The translations under genes were made by a program, and so were the position numbers. A DNA stretch of 63,298 bases. Origin: Actinomycetota bacterium (GTDB taxonomy: Bacteria > Actinomycetota > UBA4738 > HRBIN12). The DNA lies in assembly GCA_040005555.1 (NCBI GenBank), contig JBDTYT010000002.1, positions 1-63,298 on the forward strand. Reading direction: 5' to 3'. Under the pieces are notes generated by a model. That model had not been told where the DNA came from. It searched no databases and was given only the letters and a program-made list of their open reading frames with translations. The first letter of the stretch is position 1; each line of letters opens with the position of its first letter. Positions 9,084-17,296 of the stretch are shown here, one piece after another.

Positions 9084-10418
9084 GTGGACATCCCGCAGGA
9101 GCGCAAGGTCCTCACCGAGATCCCCGGTCCGAAGTCGCGCGAGTGGTTCGAGCGGCGCGCCTCGGCGGTCCCTCAAGGCGTCGCGAACATCCATCCGATC
9201 GTCACCGCGCGCGCGTCGGGCGCGATCATCGAAGACGTCGACGGCAACCGTCTCATCGATCTCGCCACCGGCATCTCGGTCCTGAACGTCGGACACACAG
9301 CGCCCGAGGTCGTCGCCGCCGCGCAGCGACAACTCGAGCTCGACACGCATTCATGCTTCCACGTGACGGCCAACGAGCCGTATATCGAGCTCGCGGAACG
9401 GCTCAACGCGCTCGCGCCGGGCGATGCCGCGAAGAAGACGATGTTCGCGAACTCGGGGGCCGAGGCCGTCGAGAACGCGGTGAAGATCGCTCGCAAGGCG
9501 ACCGGTCGACAGGCCGTCGTGACGTTCGACCACGCGTTCCACGGTCGCACCTTGCTCGCGATGTCGCTCACGGCGAAGGTCATGCCGTACAAGCAGGGCA
9601 TGGGCCCCTTCGCGCCCGAGATCTACCGTCTGCCCTTCGCGTACCCGTACCGCTGGCCGAGCGGCCCCGACGCGTGTGCACGTGAGGCCCTGGCCTACGC
9701 CACCGAGGAGATGCACAAGCACATCGGCGAGGAGAACATCGCCGCGGTGATCGTCGAGCCGATCCAGGGCGAGGGAGGGTTCGTCGTCCCCGCGCCGGGG
9801 TTCCTGAAGGGCCTCGCCGATTTCTGCGGGGCGAACGGCATCGTGTTCATCGCCGATGAGATCCAAAGCGGCATGGGCCGGGCCGGCCGCTGGTTCGCCA
9901 TCGAGGACGAGGGCGTGGTGCCGGACCTCATCACGAGCGCGAAGTCCCTCGGCGGCGGTCTCCCGATCAGCGCCATCACCGGCCGCGCCGAGCTGATGGA
10001 CGCTGTGCACGTCGGCGGTCTCGGCGGCACCTACGGCGGCAACCCAGTCGCCGCCGCCGCCGCGCTCGCCGTCGTGGACCTCATCGAGCGCGAGGGGCTG
10101 CTCGAGCGCTCGCGCGCGCTCGGCGCGAGGATCATGACGGCGTTGCGCGACATGCAGGGCCGGCACCCGGTGATCGGCGATGTCCGCGGCCGCGGCATGA
10201 TGACGGCGATCGAGCTCGTCAAGGACCGCGCCACGAAGGAACCGATCGACGGCCCGACCGGGAACGCGATCGTGAAGCGGTGCCTCGAGAACGGCGTGGT
10301 GATCATCAAGGCGGGCACCTTCGACAACGTGATCCGCCTGCTCCCGCCCCTCACGATCGACGAGGCGCTGCTGGAGGAGGGCCTCGGCGTGCTCGACGAG
10401 GCGCTGGCTGCGGGGTAG
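9084..10418 (+). CDS. gabT: 4-aminobutyrate--2-oxoglutarate aminotransferase (class III PLP aminotransferase)
   Basis: Trimmed to GTG 9084, preceded by GGAGG. Sequence: VDIPQERKVLTEIPGPKSREWFERR..., FANSGAEAVENAVKIAR, ADEIQSGMGRAGRWFA, SAKSLGGGLP (PLP lysine). Confidence 0.9.
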   Translation: MDIPQERKVLTEIPGPKSREWFERRASAVPQGVANIHPIVTARASGAIIEDVDGNRLIDLATGISVLNVGHTAPEVVAAAQRQLELDTHSCFHVTANEPYIELAERLNALAPGDAAKKTMFANSGAEAVENAVKIARKATGRQAVVTFDHAFHGRTLLAMSLTAKVMPYKQGMGPFAPEIYRLPFAYPYRWPSGPDACAREALAYATEEMHKHIGEENIAAVIVEPIQGEGGFVVPAPGFLKGLADFCGANGIVFIADEIQSGMGRAGRWFAIEDEGVVPDLITSAKSLGGGLPISAITGRAELMDAVHVGGLGGTYGGNPVAAAAALAVVDLIEREGLLERSRALGARIMTALRDMQGRHPVIGDVRGRGMMTAIELVKDRATKEPIDGPTGNAIVKRCLENGVVIIKAGTFDNVIRLLPPLTIDEALLEEGLGVLDEALAAG

Positions 10419-10462
10419 ACCCACGCGCCGGGCCGGGGTACCCGGCTTGCTACCTTCCCTTG

Positions 10463-11755
10463 ATGGAGACCCCGCCCCCGCCGCTGCCGACGCGCGGCTC
10501 GCGGGCTCGAGGGGCCGTCCGCAAGGTCGCCGTCGACCTCTCGCCGCTTCGAGCGTCGCGCGACTTCCGCCGGCTGTGGTTCGGGCTCCTCGTCTCCGAG
10601 TTCGGGTACCAGTTCACGGTCGTCGCCACGCTCGTGCAGGTGTTCCGGCTCACGGGATCCGCGGCCGCGGTGGGACTCACCGGGCTCGTCGGCTTCGCCG
10701 GGCTCGTCGTCGGCACGCTCATCGCGAGCGCCTTCGTGGACGCGTACGACCGGCGCAAGACCCTCATCATCGCGCAGGTCGGGTTCATGATGGCCTCGGG
10801 CACGTTGCTGTTCGGGGCGGTGGCCGGACATCCTCCGCTCGGCCTCATCTACGGCGCTGTCGCGCTCACGGCCGGGCTCTCCTCCATCGACTCGCCCACA
10901 CGTTCGGCGATGACACCGAGGTTGGTCGGACTCGAGCTGTTGCCTTCGGCGCTCGCGCTGAACCAGGTCGTGTGGAACGGGACGGCGCTCGCGGGACCGG
11001 CGTTGGCGGGCGTCGTGATCGCCCAGCGGAACGGGCTGCAGTGGGCGTACGCGATCGACCTCATCACGTACGTCGGCATGCTCGTGGCGGCGCTCGGCAT
11101 ACGCCCCGTCCTCCCCGAGGTGGACGAGCACACGAAGACGGGCTGGCGCGCGGTCCGGGAGGGATTCGCGTACCTCAAGGGCCGGCGCGTTCTGCAGTCG
11201 ACGTTCGCGATCGACGTCGTCGCGATGGTGTTCGGCATGCCTCGCGCGCTGTTCCCCATCCTCATCGTCGCCCAGTTCCATCGCGGTCCGGCGGTCCTCG
11301 GGCTCTTGTTCGCCGCGCCTGCGTTCGGCGCGTTCATCGGAGCGCTCACGGGGGGATGGGTGGGACGCGTGCAGCATCAAGGCCGCGCCGTCATTTGTGC
11401 CGTGGTGGTGTGGGGCGCCGGCATCGCGGCCTTCGGGCTCGTCGGCGCGAACCTGTGGCTCGGGCTGTTCCTGCTCGCGGTGGCGGGAGCTGCCGACGTG
11501 ATCTCGGCGGTGTTTCGGTCGACGATCCTGCAGCTCGCGGTGCCGGATTCGCTGCGAGGCCGGCTGTCGGGGATCCACATCCTCGTCGTGACGGGCGGGC
11601 CGCGGCTCGGCGACCTCGAGGCCGGGCTCGTTGCACAGGCGTTCTCGCCGACCGTCTCAGTGGTGTCCGGCGGCGTGTTGTGCATCCTCGGTGCGGGCGC
11701 GCTCGCACTGCTCGTACCGGCGTTCCGCAGGTACCACGCCGGTGGAACGGTCTGA
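10463..11755 (+). CDS. MFS transporter (EntS/enterobactin-exporter-like family)
   Basis: Trimmed to ATG 10463. Sequence: FRRLWFGLLVSEFGYQFTVVATLVQVFRLTGS.... About 12 hydrophobic segments. MFS loop motif DAYDRRKTLI. Confidence 0.8.
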   Translation: METPPPPLPTRGSRARGAVRKVAVDLSPLRASRDFRRLWFGLLVSEFGYQFTVVATLVQVFRLTGSAAAVGLTGLVGFAGLVVGTLIASAFVDAYDRRKTLIIAQVGFMMASGTLLFGAVAGHPPLGLIYGAVALTAGLSSIDSPTRSAMTPRLVGLELLPSALALNQVVWNGTALAGPALAGVVIAQRNGLQWAYAIDLITYVGMLVAALGIRPVLPEVDEHTKTGWRAVREGFAYLKGRRVLQSTFAIDVVAMVFGMPRALFPILIVAQFHRGPAVLGLLFAAPAFGAFIGALTGGWVGRVQHQGRAVICAVVVWGAGIAAFGLVGANLWLGLFLLAVAGAADVISAVFRSTILQLAVPDSLRGRLSGIHILVVTGGPRLGDLEAGLVAQAFSPTVSVVSGGVLCILGAGALALLVPAFRRYHAGGTV

Positions 11756-11769
11756 CCACCCTCCCGTCC

Positions 11770-11790
11770 ACGAGACGACGTCCGTCTCGT
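11770..11790 (+). terminator. Hairpin 15 nt after the MFS stop (8-bp stem, 5-nt loop); possible terminator without a clear U-tract
   Basis: acgagacg (11770-11777), acgtc, cgtctcgt (11783-11790). Confidence 0.3.
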
Positions 11791-11879
11791 CCAGGCAATT
11801 CCCTGATTGGGCGATCGGAATCGTCTTTCAGCCGCATCCCCGCGGTCCGAGCGCGCGAGCACGTCGATGAGCTCCGTCT

Positions 11880-12251
11880 ATGCGGGAGTTTGAATTCGAT
11901 CGCCTGGTCGACGCGTTCCGCGCGAAGTCCCCGGACGAGGGTCTCGACGTCGGCAGCGGGTCCGGTCGAGTCACCCGGCGTGGCGAGCGATGGACGCTCG
12001 CTCGATAGTCCAGGAGACCGACCGGGATGGCGTCTGGGGCCTACGTCGGAGTCACTTATGGAAGGTCGGGCGTCATCGGTGCCCTCGGTGCTCGGGTCCT
12101 TGAGCCGCTCACCGCCGACCAGGAGCGTTTTCTCAGATCACTTGGTCTTGCCCTCGGATACATCCTGCCTAGAGAGGCAGGGTTTGGGCCGCTCTTTGAC
12201 CCAGAAACGTTGTTGCTCGCCTCCAGATTCGAGCCGCCCACCGATGACTGA
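11880..12251 (+). pseudogene. Small ORF interrupted by one in-frame TAG (12006-12008); C-terminal half resembles the end of a GAF-type domain
   Basis: ATG 11880 ... CGA TAG (12006) ... ATG 12027 ... TGA 12251, all in one frame. Translation: MREFEFDRLVDAFRAKSPDEGLDVGSGSGRVTRRGERWTLAR*SRRPTGMASGAYVGVTYGRSGVIGALGARVLEPLTADQERFLRSLGLALGYIL.... There are many more A/T-ending codons than in neighbouring genes. Confidence 0.25.
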
Positions 12252-12400
12252 AGCGATCCGTCGTTTCTGGAAGCCATAAGGCTTGCGGGCCGGCCGACGA
12301 ACACAGCGATGTTCCAACGGCCGGAGACAGCTCGTTGATATTCGATGACTCGGCCGACCAACCGCTTGACCCCGGCGGCGGCTTGACATATGAGCAAGCC

Positions 12401-14092
12401 ATGTCCCGGCCGGTCGGCATCGTCGAGCTCCGGGTGCTCGACGGCCCGAACCTGTTCTTCCCACGGCCCGCGATCAAGCTGACCCTCGCCGCGCCGGCGT
12501 GGCTCGAGATGTCCGAGGAGCGCTTCGCTCGAGCGCTCGAACGCGCGGGCTCGAGCGGACGCGCCGGGCGCCCCTGGTCCGAGCAACGACGCCGCGCGGT
12601 CGGTCGCCTCGGGACGATCATCACGCGGCAGCTCGCCGCCGCGAGCGACGTGCGGCTCGCGGTGCGCGCCCGACCCGGGCCCGAGCCGGACCAGATCGTG
12701 GTCGCGTTCCCGTGGCGCCACCGAGCCGCAGCCGAAGCGCTCGCTCGCCAGGTCCCGCGGACGCTCGAGGCGCTCCTGGACCTGCGACGCTCGCTCGACA
12801 AGCTCGTCCAGGAGGCGGGGGCCAAGCTCGCGAGGGTCAAGCCCGGCGAGGAGCCGAGCGTCCCCGAGCCGTCGATCCCGGTGATCTCGGTCACCGGGAC
12901 CAACGGGAAGACCACGACCGTGCGCCTGCTCGCGCACATCGCGCGCATCGCGGGCCTGCATGTCGCCTACTCCTCGACCGACGGCGTGTACGTCGACGGC
13001 GAGCTCGTCGAGGAAGGCGACTATTCGGGGTTCGGCGGTGCCGCCACGGCGCTCGCGGCCGAGCCCGACATCGCGGTGCTCGAGACCGCTCGCGGTGGGA
13101 TCTTGCTGCGCGGGATCGGCGTGTCGCACAACGACGTCGCGGTCGTCACCAACGTGTCCGAGGACCACCTCGGCCTCCACGGCATCGACACGATCGACCA
13201 GCTGGCCGAGGTGAAAGCCACGGTGACGAAGATCACCCGCCCTGAGGGATGGGACGTGCTGAACGCGGACGACCCGCGCGTGCTGGCGATGCGTCGCGGC
13301 GCGACGGGGCAGGCGTGGCTCTGCTCACTCCAGGCAGGTCATCCGGCGGTGCGCGACGTCGTGGCCGACGGTGGCCGGGGGATGACGGTGCTCGACGGGT
13401 GGATGACGATGCTCGACGGCTCGGATGCGCGTCCGATCGTGCCGCTCGTCGACGTCCCGGTCACCATCGCGGGGATCTCGAGCCACAACGTGTCGAACGC
13501 GATGCAAGCAGCGGCGGCCGCGCTCGGCGCCGGTCTGCCCGAACGGGCGGTCGTGAGGGGTTTGCGGACCTTCGTCTTGGATCCGGAGGGCAACCCGGGA
13601 CGCGCCAACCTGTTCATCATCGACGGTCGCATCGTGATCATCGACTACGCTCACAACGAGGCGGGGATGACTGGCCTCATCGAGCTCTGCCACGGGCTCC
13701 GCCGCGCCGGCCGTGAGGTCTGGCTGGCGATCTGCACGGCCGGCGACCGAACCGACAAGATCCTCCACGATTTCGCGTATCGAGCGGCGCGCGGCGCGGA
13801 CCACATCGCCGTCGCCGAACTGCTGCCGTACCTGCGCGGCCGAGATCGCGCCGACGTCGTCGACCGGCTCGGCGCCGGAGCGCGCGACGGCGGGGCCGAG
13901 GAGATCGACGTGTTCCCCGACGAGCTCGCCGCCCTCAAGCACATGCTTCGGAGCTCGCGTCGGGGCGACGTCGTCGCGGTGACGGCGCTCGCCATGCGGT
14001 TCGAGATCTTCGCGTGGCTCGAGGACGCCGGAGCCGCCCGACCGACGCCCGCCAGGATCCGGGCGATCGTCCGGAGCGTCCGCGGCTCGTAG
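12401..14092 (+). CDS. Cyanophycin-synthetase-like protein with CphA N domain and Mur-ligase (M) domain only; no ATP-grasp domain
   Basis: ATG 12401. The N-terminus VELRVLDGPNLFFPRPAIKLTL parallels CphA1 VQANVFRGPNYWSYEPCIRLLV. About 165 aa in, the Mur-ligase P-loop VTGTNGKTTT follows directly. The rest is colinear with the CphA1 M domain: ETARGGILLRG, VVTNVSEDHLGLHGIDTIDQLAEVK, LNADDP, IIDYAHNEAG, TAGDR. Confidence 0.8.
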   Translation: MSRPVGIVELRVLDGPNLFFPRPAIKLTLAAPAWLEMSEERFARALERAGSSGRAGRPWSEQRRRAVGRLGTIITRQLAAASDVRLAVRARPGPEPDQIVVAFPWRHRAAAEALARQVPRTLEALLDLRRSLDKLVQEAGAKLARVKPGEEPSVPEPSIPVISVTGTNGKTTTVRLLAHIARIAGLHVAYSSTDGVYVDGELVEEGDYSGFGGAATALAAEPDIAVLETARGGILLRGIGVSHNDVAVVTNVSEDHLGLHGIDTIDQLAEVKATVTKITRPEGWDVLNADDPRVLAMRRGATGQAWLCSLQAGHPAVRDVVADGGRGMTVLDGWMTMLDGSDARPIVPLVDVPVTIAGISSHNVSNAMQAAAAALGAGLPERAVVRGLRTFVLDPEGNPGRANLFIIDGRIVIIDYAHNEAGMTGLIELCHGLRRAGREVWLAICTAGDRTDKILHDFAYRAARGADHIAVAELLPYLRGRDRADVVDRLGAGARDGGAEEIDVFPDELAALKHMLRSSRRGDVVAVTALAMRFEIFAWLEDAGAARPTPARIRAIVRSVRGS

Positions 14093-14102
14093 CGACACGC
14101 GC

Positions 14103-14450
14103 TCAGGGACGAAGCCGAGCGTGCTCGACGCAGCGCACGGCCCAGGGGATGGCCTCGAGGCGTTCCTCCCCGATCGGTTCGCCGCCGACGTCGCATACCC
14201 CGTAGGTGCCCTCGTCGAGCTTCTCGAGCGCCCGCTCGACGTCTCGGAGCTTGGCCTGAAGATGCTTGGCCGCATCCACCTGCGTGATCCGTTCGACGGC
14301 TTGCGACGTGCCCTCGCCGACCCGCTTGCCGAACGAGACCGACGCCATCGGGTCGCGCGGCGTCGCGGTGATCTCGCCGATCTCGGCGCGGAGGGTGTCG
14401 CGCTCGGTCTCGAGCACACGCCGGACCTCCTCGAGGTCCACGGTCGTCAC
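14103..14450 (-). CDS. TraR/DksA-family zinc-finger-like protein with a degenerate metal site
   Basis: GTG 14450 overlaps the cphA1 TGA (GTGA). It has a coiled-coil-like N-terminus and a C-terminal YGVCDVGGEPIGEERLEAIPWAVRCVEH. The positions of the canonical CxxC-x17-CxxC read C..G-x17-C..H. Confidence 0.7.
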   Translation of the reverse strand: MTTVDLEEVRRVLETERDTLRAEIGEITATPRDPMASVSFGKRVGEGTSQAVERITQVDAAKHLQAKLRDVERALEKLDEGTYGVCDVGGEPIGEERLEAIPWAVRCVEHARLRP

Positions 14451-17296
14451 AGGACCATGAGGTCGGGATCGCCGCCCACGGCCTCGAGCTTGCGACCGTC
14501 GCCGTCCTCGGACGCCGCCAGCACGTTCGGCGACGCGACCCCTCGTCGCGCCTCGATCTCGCGGTACACCTCGGTGGCGTAGTCGACGCACAGCACGACG
14601 AGGTCGCCGGGGCGCGAGCGATCGAGCGCCTTGCGGGTTGCCTCCATCTCGTCGACGACGACCTCGACGCTGCCGACGCGAGCGCCGGCGGACATGCCCT
14701 CGTACACGCCCTCGAGGATCAGGGCTGCGGTCTCGCCCCTCGTGCGGCCGCGCGGGTTGCGGTCCTCGCGGATGATGAGGTCGTCGAAGTACCGAGCGGC
14801 CACGCGCCCGAGCTCGCGCATGTCATCGTCGCGGCGGTCACCCGCGGTCGCCACCACCGCCAGCCGCAGGTTCGCCGTCCACGACGCCTCGCCGGGCCGC
14901 CCGCCGGCCGGCGCATCGGCGGTCATGCGCTCGACGAAATCGCCCAGCCTCTCGAGCCCGGCGGCGTTGTGCGCGTAGTCGATGATCACCTTCACGCCCT
15001 CCAGGTCGAACAGGTTCAACCGGCCCGGGGCCTGGTAGATCGAGGTGCTGAAGCTCCGGAGTCCCTGGCGGATGTCGTGCAGATGCGCGCCGGCGGCGTG
15101 TGCGGCGGCCGCGGCGGCCATCGCGTTCTGCACCATCATGCGCGCGCGGCCCTCGAACGTCGCCGGCAGGGTGTGCACCCACGCGATCGGCATGGTGCGG
15201 CGGCCTTCCTTGATCACCATCATCTCGCCGAGCGGGCCCTTCTCGAGCACGACGGCCTTCCGACCGCGGCGGATCCACCGCTCCACGAACTCGTGCTTGT
15301 CCTGCATGGTGAACAAGATCACCGAGCCGCTGCACGCTCGGCGCATCTCCAGCACGAGCGGGTCATCGGCGTTCAACACCGCGAAACCGCTGCGGGGCAC
15401 GGCCTCCACGACGACCTGCTTCACCGCCGCGAGCTGCTCGATCGTGTCGATGCCCTTGAGCCCGAGGTGGTCGCCGGTCACGTTCGTCACCACGGCGACG
15501 TCGTTGCGTCCGTAGCCGAGGCCCTCGCGCAAGATCCCGCCACGCGCGACCTCGAACACGGCGAAGTCCACCCGCGGGTTCTGCAGCACCATCTGCGCAG
15601 ACTTCGGTCCGCTCGCGTCGATGCGTTTCACGAGACGGTCGTCGATGTACACGCCGTCCGTGGAGGTCATGCCGACCTCGTTGCCCATGAGCTTGAAGAT
15701 GTGCGAGATCATCCGCACGGTCGTCGTCTTCCCGTTCGAGCCGGTGACGGCGACGATCGGGATGCGCGACGGAGTAGTCGGCGGGAAGAGCCCGTCGATC
15801 ACGTGCTTCGCAACGTACTGCGGCTCGCCCTCGGTGGGATGCGTGTGCATCCGGAAGCCGGGGGCGGCGTTCACCTCGACGATCGCGCCGCCGGTCTCGC
15901 GTACCGGCTGGGTGATGTCGGGCGCGAGGAAGTCGATCCCCGCGACGTCGAGCCCGACCACGCGAGCGGCCTCCTCGGCGATCTCGACGTTCTCCTCGTG
16001 CGCTTCCCACGTGCGATCGATCGAGATGCCGCCCGTCGACATGTTGCCGGTGGCCGCCAGCTTCACGAACTCGCCCTTCGGCACGACATCGTCGAGTCCG
16101 TGGCCCTGCTTCTTCACCAGCTCCTCGGCCGCTTCGTCGATCTTGATCTTCGTGAGGACCTTCTCGTGTCCGATGCCCCGGCGCGGGTCGCGGTTCGTGA
16201 TCTCGACCAGCTGCCGGACCGTGTGCTTCGCGTCGCCCTCGACGCGCGCCGGGACGCGCTCGGCCACCGCGACCATCCGGCCCCCCACGACGAGCACTCG
16301 ATAGTCGTTGCCGGTGACGAAGGACTCCACGACCACGATGCCGCGTCGCGCCTCGAGCACGGCCCGCTTGAACCCGGTGCGGATCGTCCGCTCGGTCTTC
16401 AGGTCCAGACCCACGCCCCGGCCGTGGTTCGCGTCGAGCGGCTTCGTCACCACGGGGAAGCCGATGCGCCTCGCGGCGGTGACGGCCTCGTCCTCGGTGC
16501 GGACCACCTCGCTGCGAGGCACCGGCAGTCCCGCGGCCGCCAGCAGCTGGTTCGTGAGCTTCTTGTCCCCCGCGATGTCGACCGCGAGCGCCGACGTCTT
16601 CGAGGTGATCGTGGCTCGCACGCGCTGTTGATACTTCCCCTGGCCGAGCTGCAGGAGGGACTGCTCGTTCAGGCGCATCCACGGGATGTCCCGGGTCGCA
16701 GCCTCGTCGATGATGGCCTGGGTGGACGGACCGAACGCTCGGCGCTCGGCGAGCCGGATCAACCGTTCGAGCTCGGCAGGGAAGTCGAGGGTCGGGTCCT
16801 TCTTCACGAGGTGGTTCACGAGCCGGACGGCCAGGCGCCCCGCCTCGAGGCCCACCTGCTCCTCCCAGTAGCCGTAGATCACGTTGTACCTGCCCGTCGT
16901 GCCGGCGCCTCGGGTCTTGCCGCGATACACGTGCGCGCCGGACTCGCGCTGGAGCTCGAGCGAAACGTGCTCGGCGATATGACCGGCCCAGGTTCCGTCC
17001 TCGAGGCGCTCGCGGAACCCCCCGCGCTTGCCGAGGGAACACGAGTGCTCGCCGACCCCGGGGAGGAGTTTCAGGAGCCCCGCGTTGAACCCCTTGATCT
17101 GGTTCGACGGCCATTCCTCGAGCGAACCGAGATCGACGAGCAACCGGATGCACGGCTCGTAGGACCAGTAGTTCGGACCGCGGAAGACGTTCGCCTGCAC
17201 GATCGTGAGGTCCGGGCGTGCGGGCGGCTTCTTCGAGGCCGGCTCCCGCTTCGCACGCTCGCGATCGGCGCGCGTCCGGGTCCGGCCGGCGCTCAC
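14447..17296 (-). CDS. cphA: Cyanophycin synthetase CphA1 (N + ATP-grasp + Mur-ligase domains)
   Basis: Trimmed to GTG 17296, which overlaps the cphB TGA and has AGGAGG 7 nt upstream. N domain: FRGPNYWSYEPCIRLLVDLG. ATP-grasp region: DKKLTNQLLAAAGLPVP...VVTKPLDANHGRGV...GIDFL. M domain: VTGSNGKTTT...DYAHNAAG. Confidence 0.92.
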   Translation of the reverse strand: MSAGRTRTRADRERAKREPASKKPPARPDLTIVQANVFRGPNYWSYEPCIRLLVDLGSLEEWPSNQIKGFNAGLLKLLPGVGEHSCSLGKRGGFRERLEDGTWAGHIAEHVSLELQRESGAHVYRGKTRGAGTTGRYNVIYGYWEEQVGLEAGRLAVRLVNHLVKKDPTLDFPAELERLIRLAERRAFGPSTQAIIDEAATRDIPWMRLNEQSLLQLGQGKYQQRVRATITSKTSALAVDIAGDKKLTNQLLAAAGLPVPRSEVVRTEDEAVTAARRIGFPVVTKPLDANHGRGVGLDLKTERTIRTGFKRAVLEARRGIVVVESFVTGNDYRVLVVGGRMVAVAERVPARVEGDAKHTVRQLVEITNRDPRRGIGHEKVLTKIKIDEAAEELVKKQGHGLDDVVPKGEFVKLAATGNMSTGGISIDRTWEAHEENVEIAEEAARVVGLDVAGIDFLAPDITQPVRETGGAIVEVNAAPGFRMHTHPTEGEPQYVAKHVIDGLFPPTTPSRIPIVAVTGSNGKTTTVRMISHIFKLMGNEVGMTSTDGVYIDDRLVKRIDASGPKSAQMVLQNPRVDFAVFEVARGGILREGLGYGRNDVAVVTNVTGDHLGLKGIDTIEQLAAVKQVVVEAVPRSGFAVLNADDPLVLEMRRACSGSVILFTMQDKHEFVERWIRRGRKAVVLEKGPLGEMMVIKEGRRTMPIAWVHTLPATFEGRARMMVQNAMAAAAAAHAAGAHLHDIRQGLRSFSTSIYQAPGRLNLFDLEGVKVIIDYAHNAAGLERLGDFVERMTADAPAGGRPGEASWTANLRLAVVATAGDRRDDDMRELGRVAARYFDDLIIREDRNPRGRTRGETAALILEGVYEGMSAGARVGSVEVVVDEMEATRKALDRSRPGDLVVLCVDYATEVYREIEARRGVASPNVLAASEDGDGRKLEAVGGDPDLMVL

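Noticed and set aside
10447-12279. 610-aa plus-strand ORF running from the MFS gene through the 11756-12400 gap
   Set aside because: It is the wrong frame for the MFS gene (Arg/Pro-rich). Its continuation through the gap has no protein-like features, and only the frame-0 amber-interrupted ORF looks even weakly coding.
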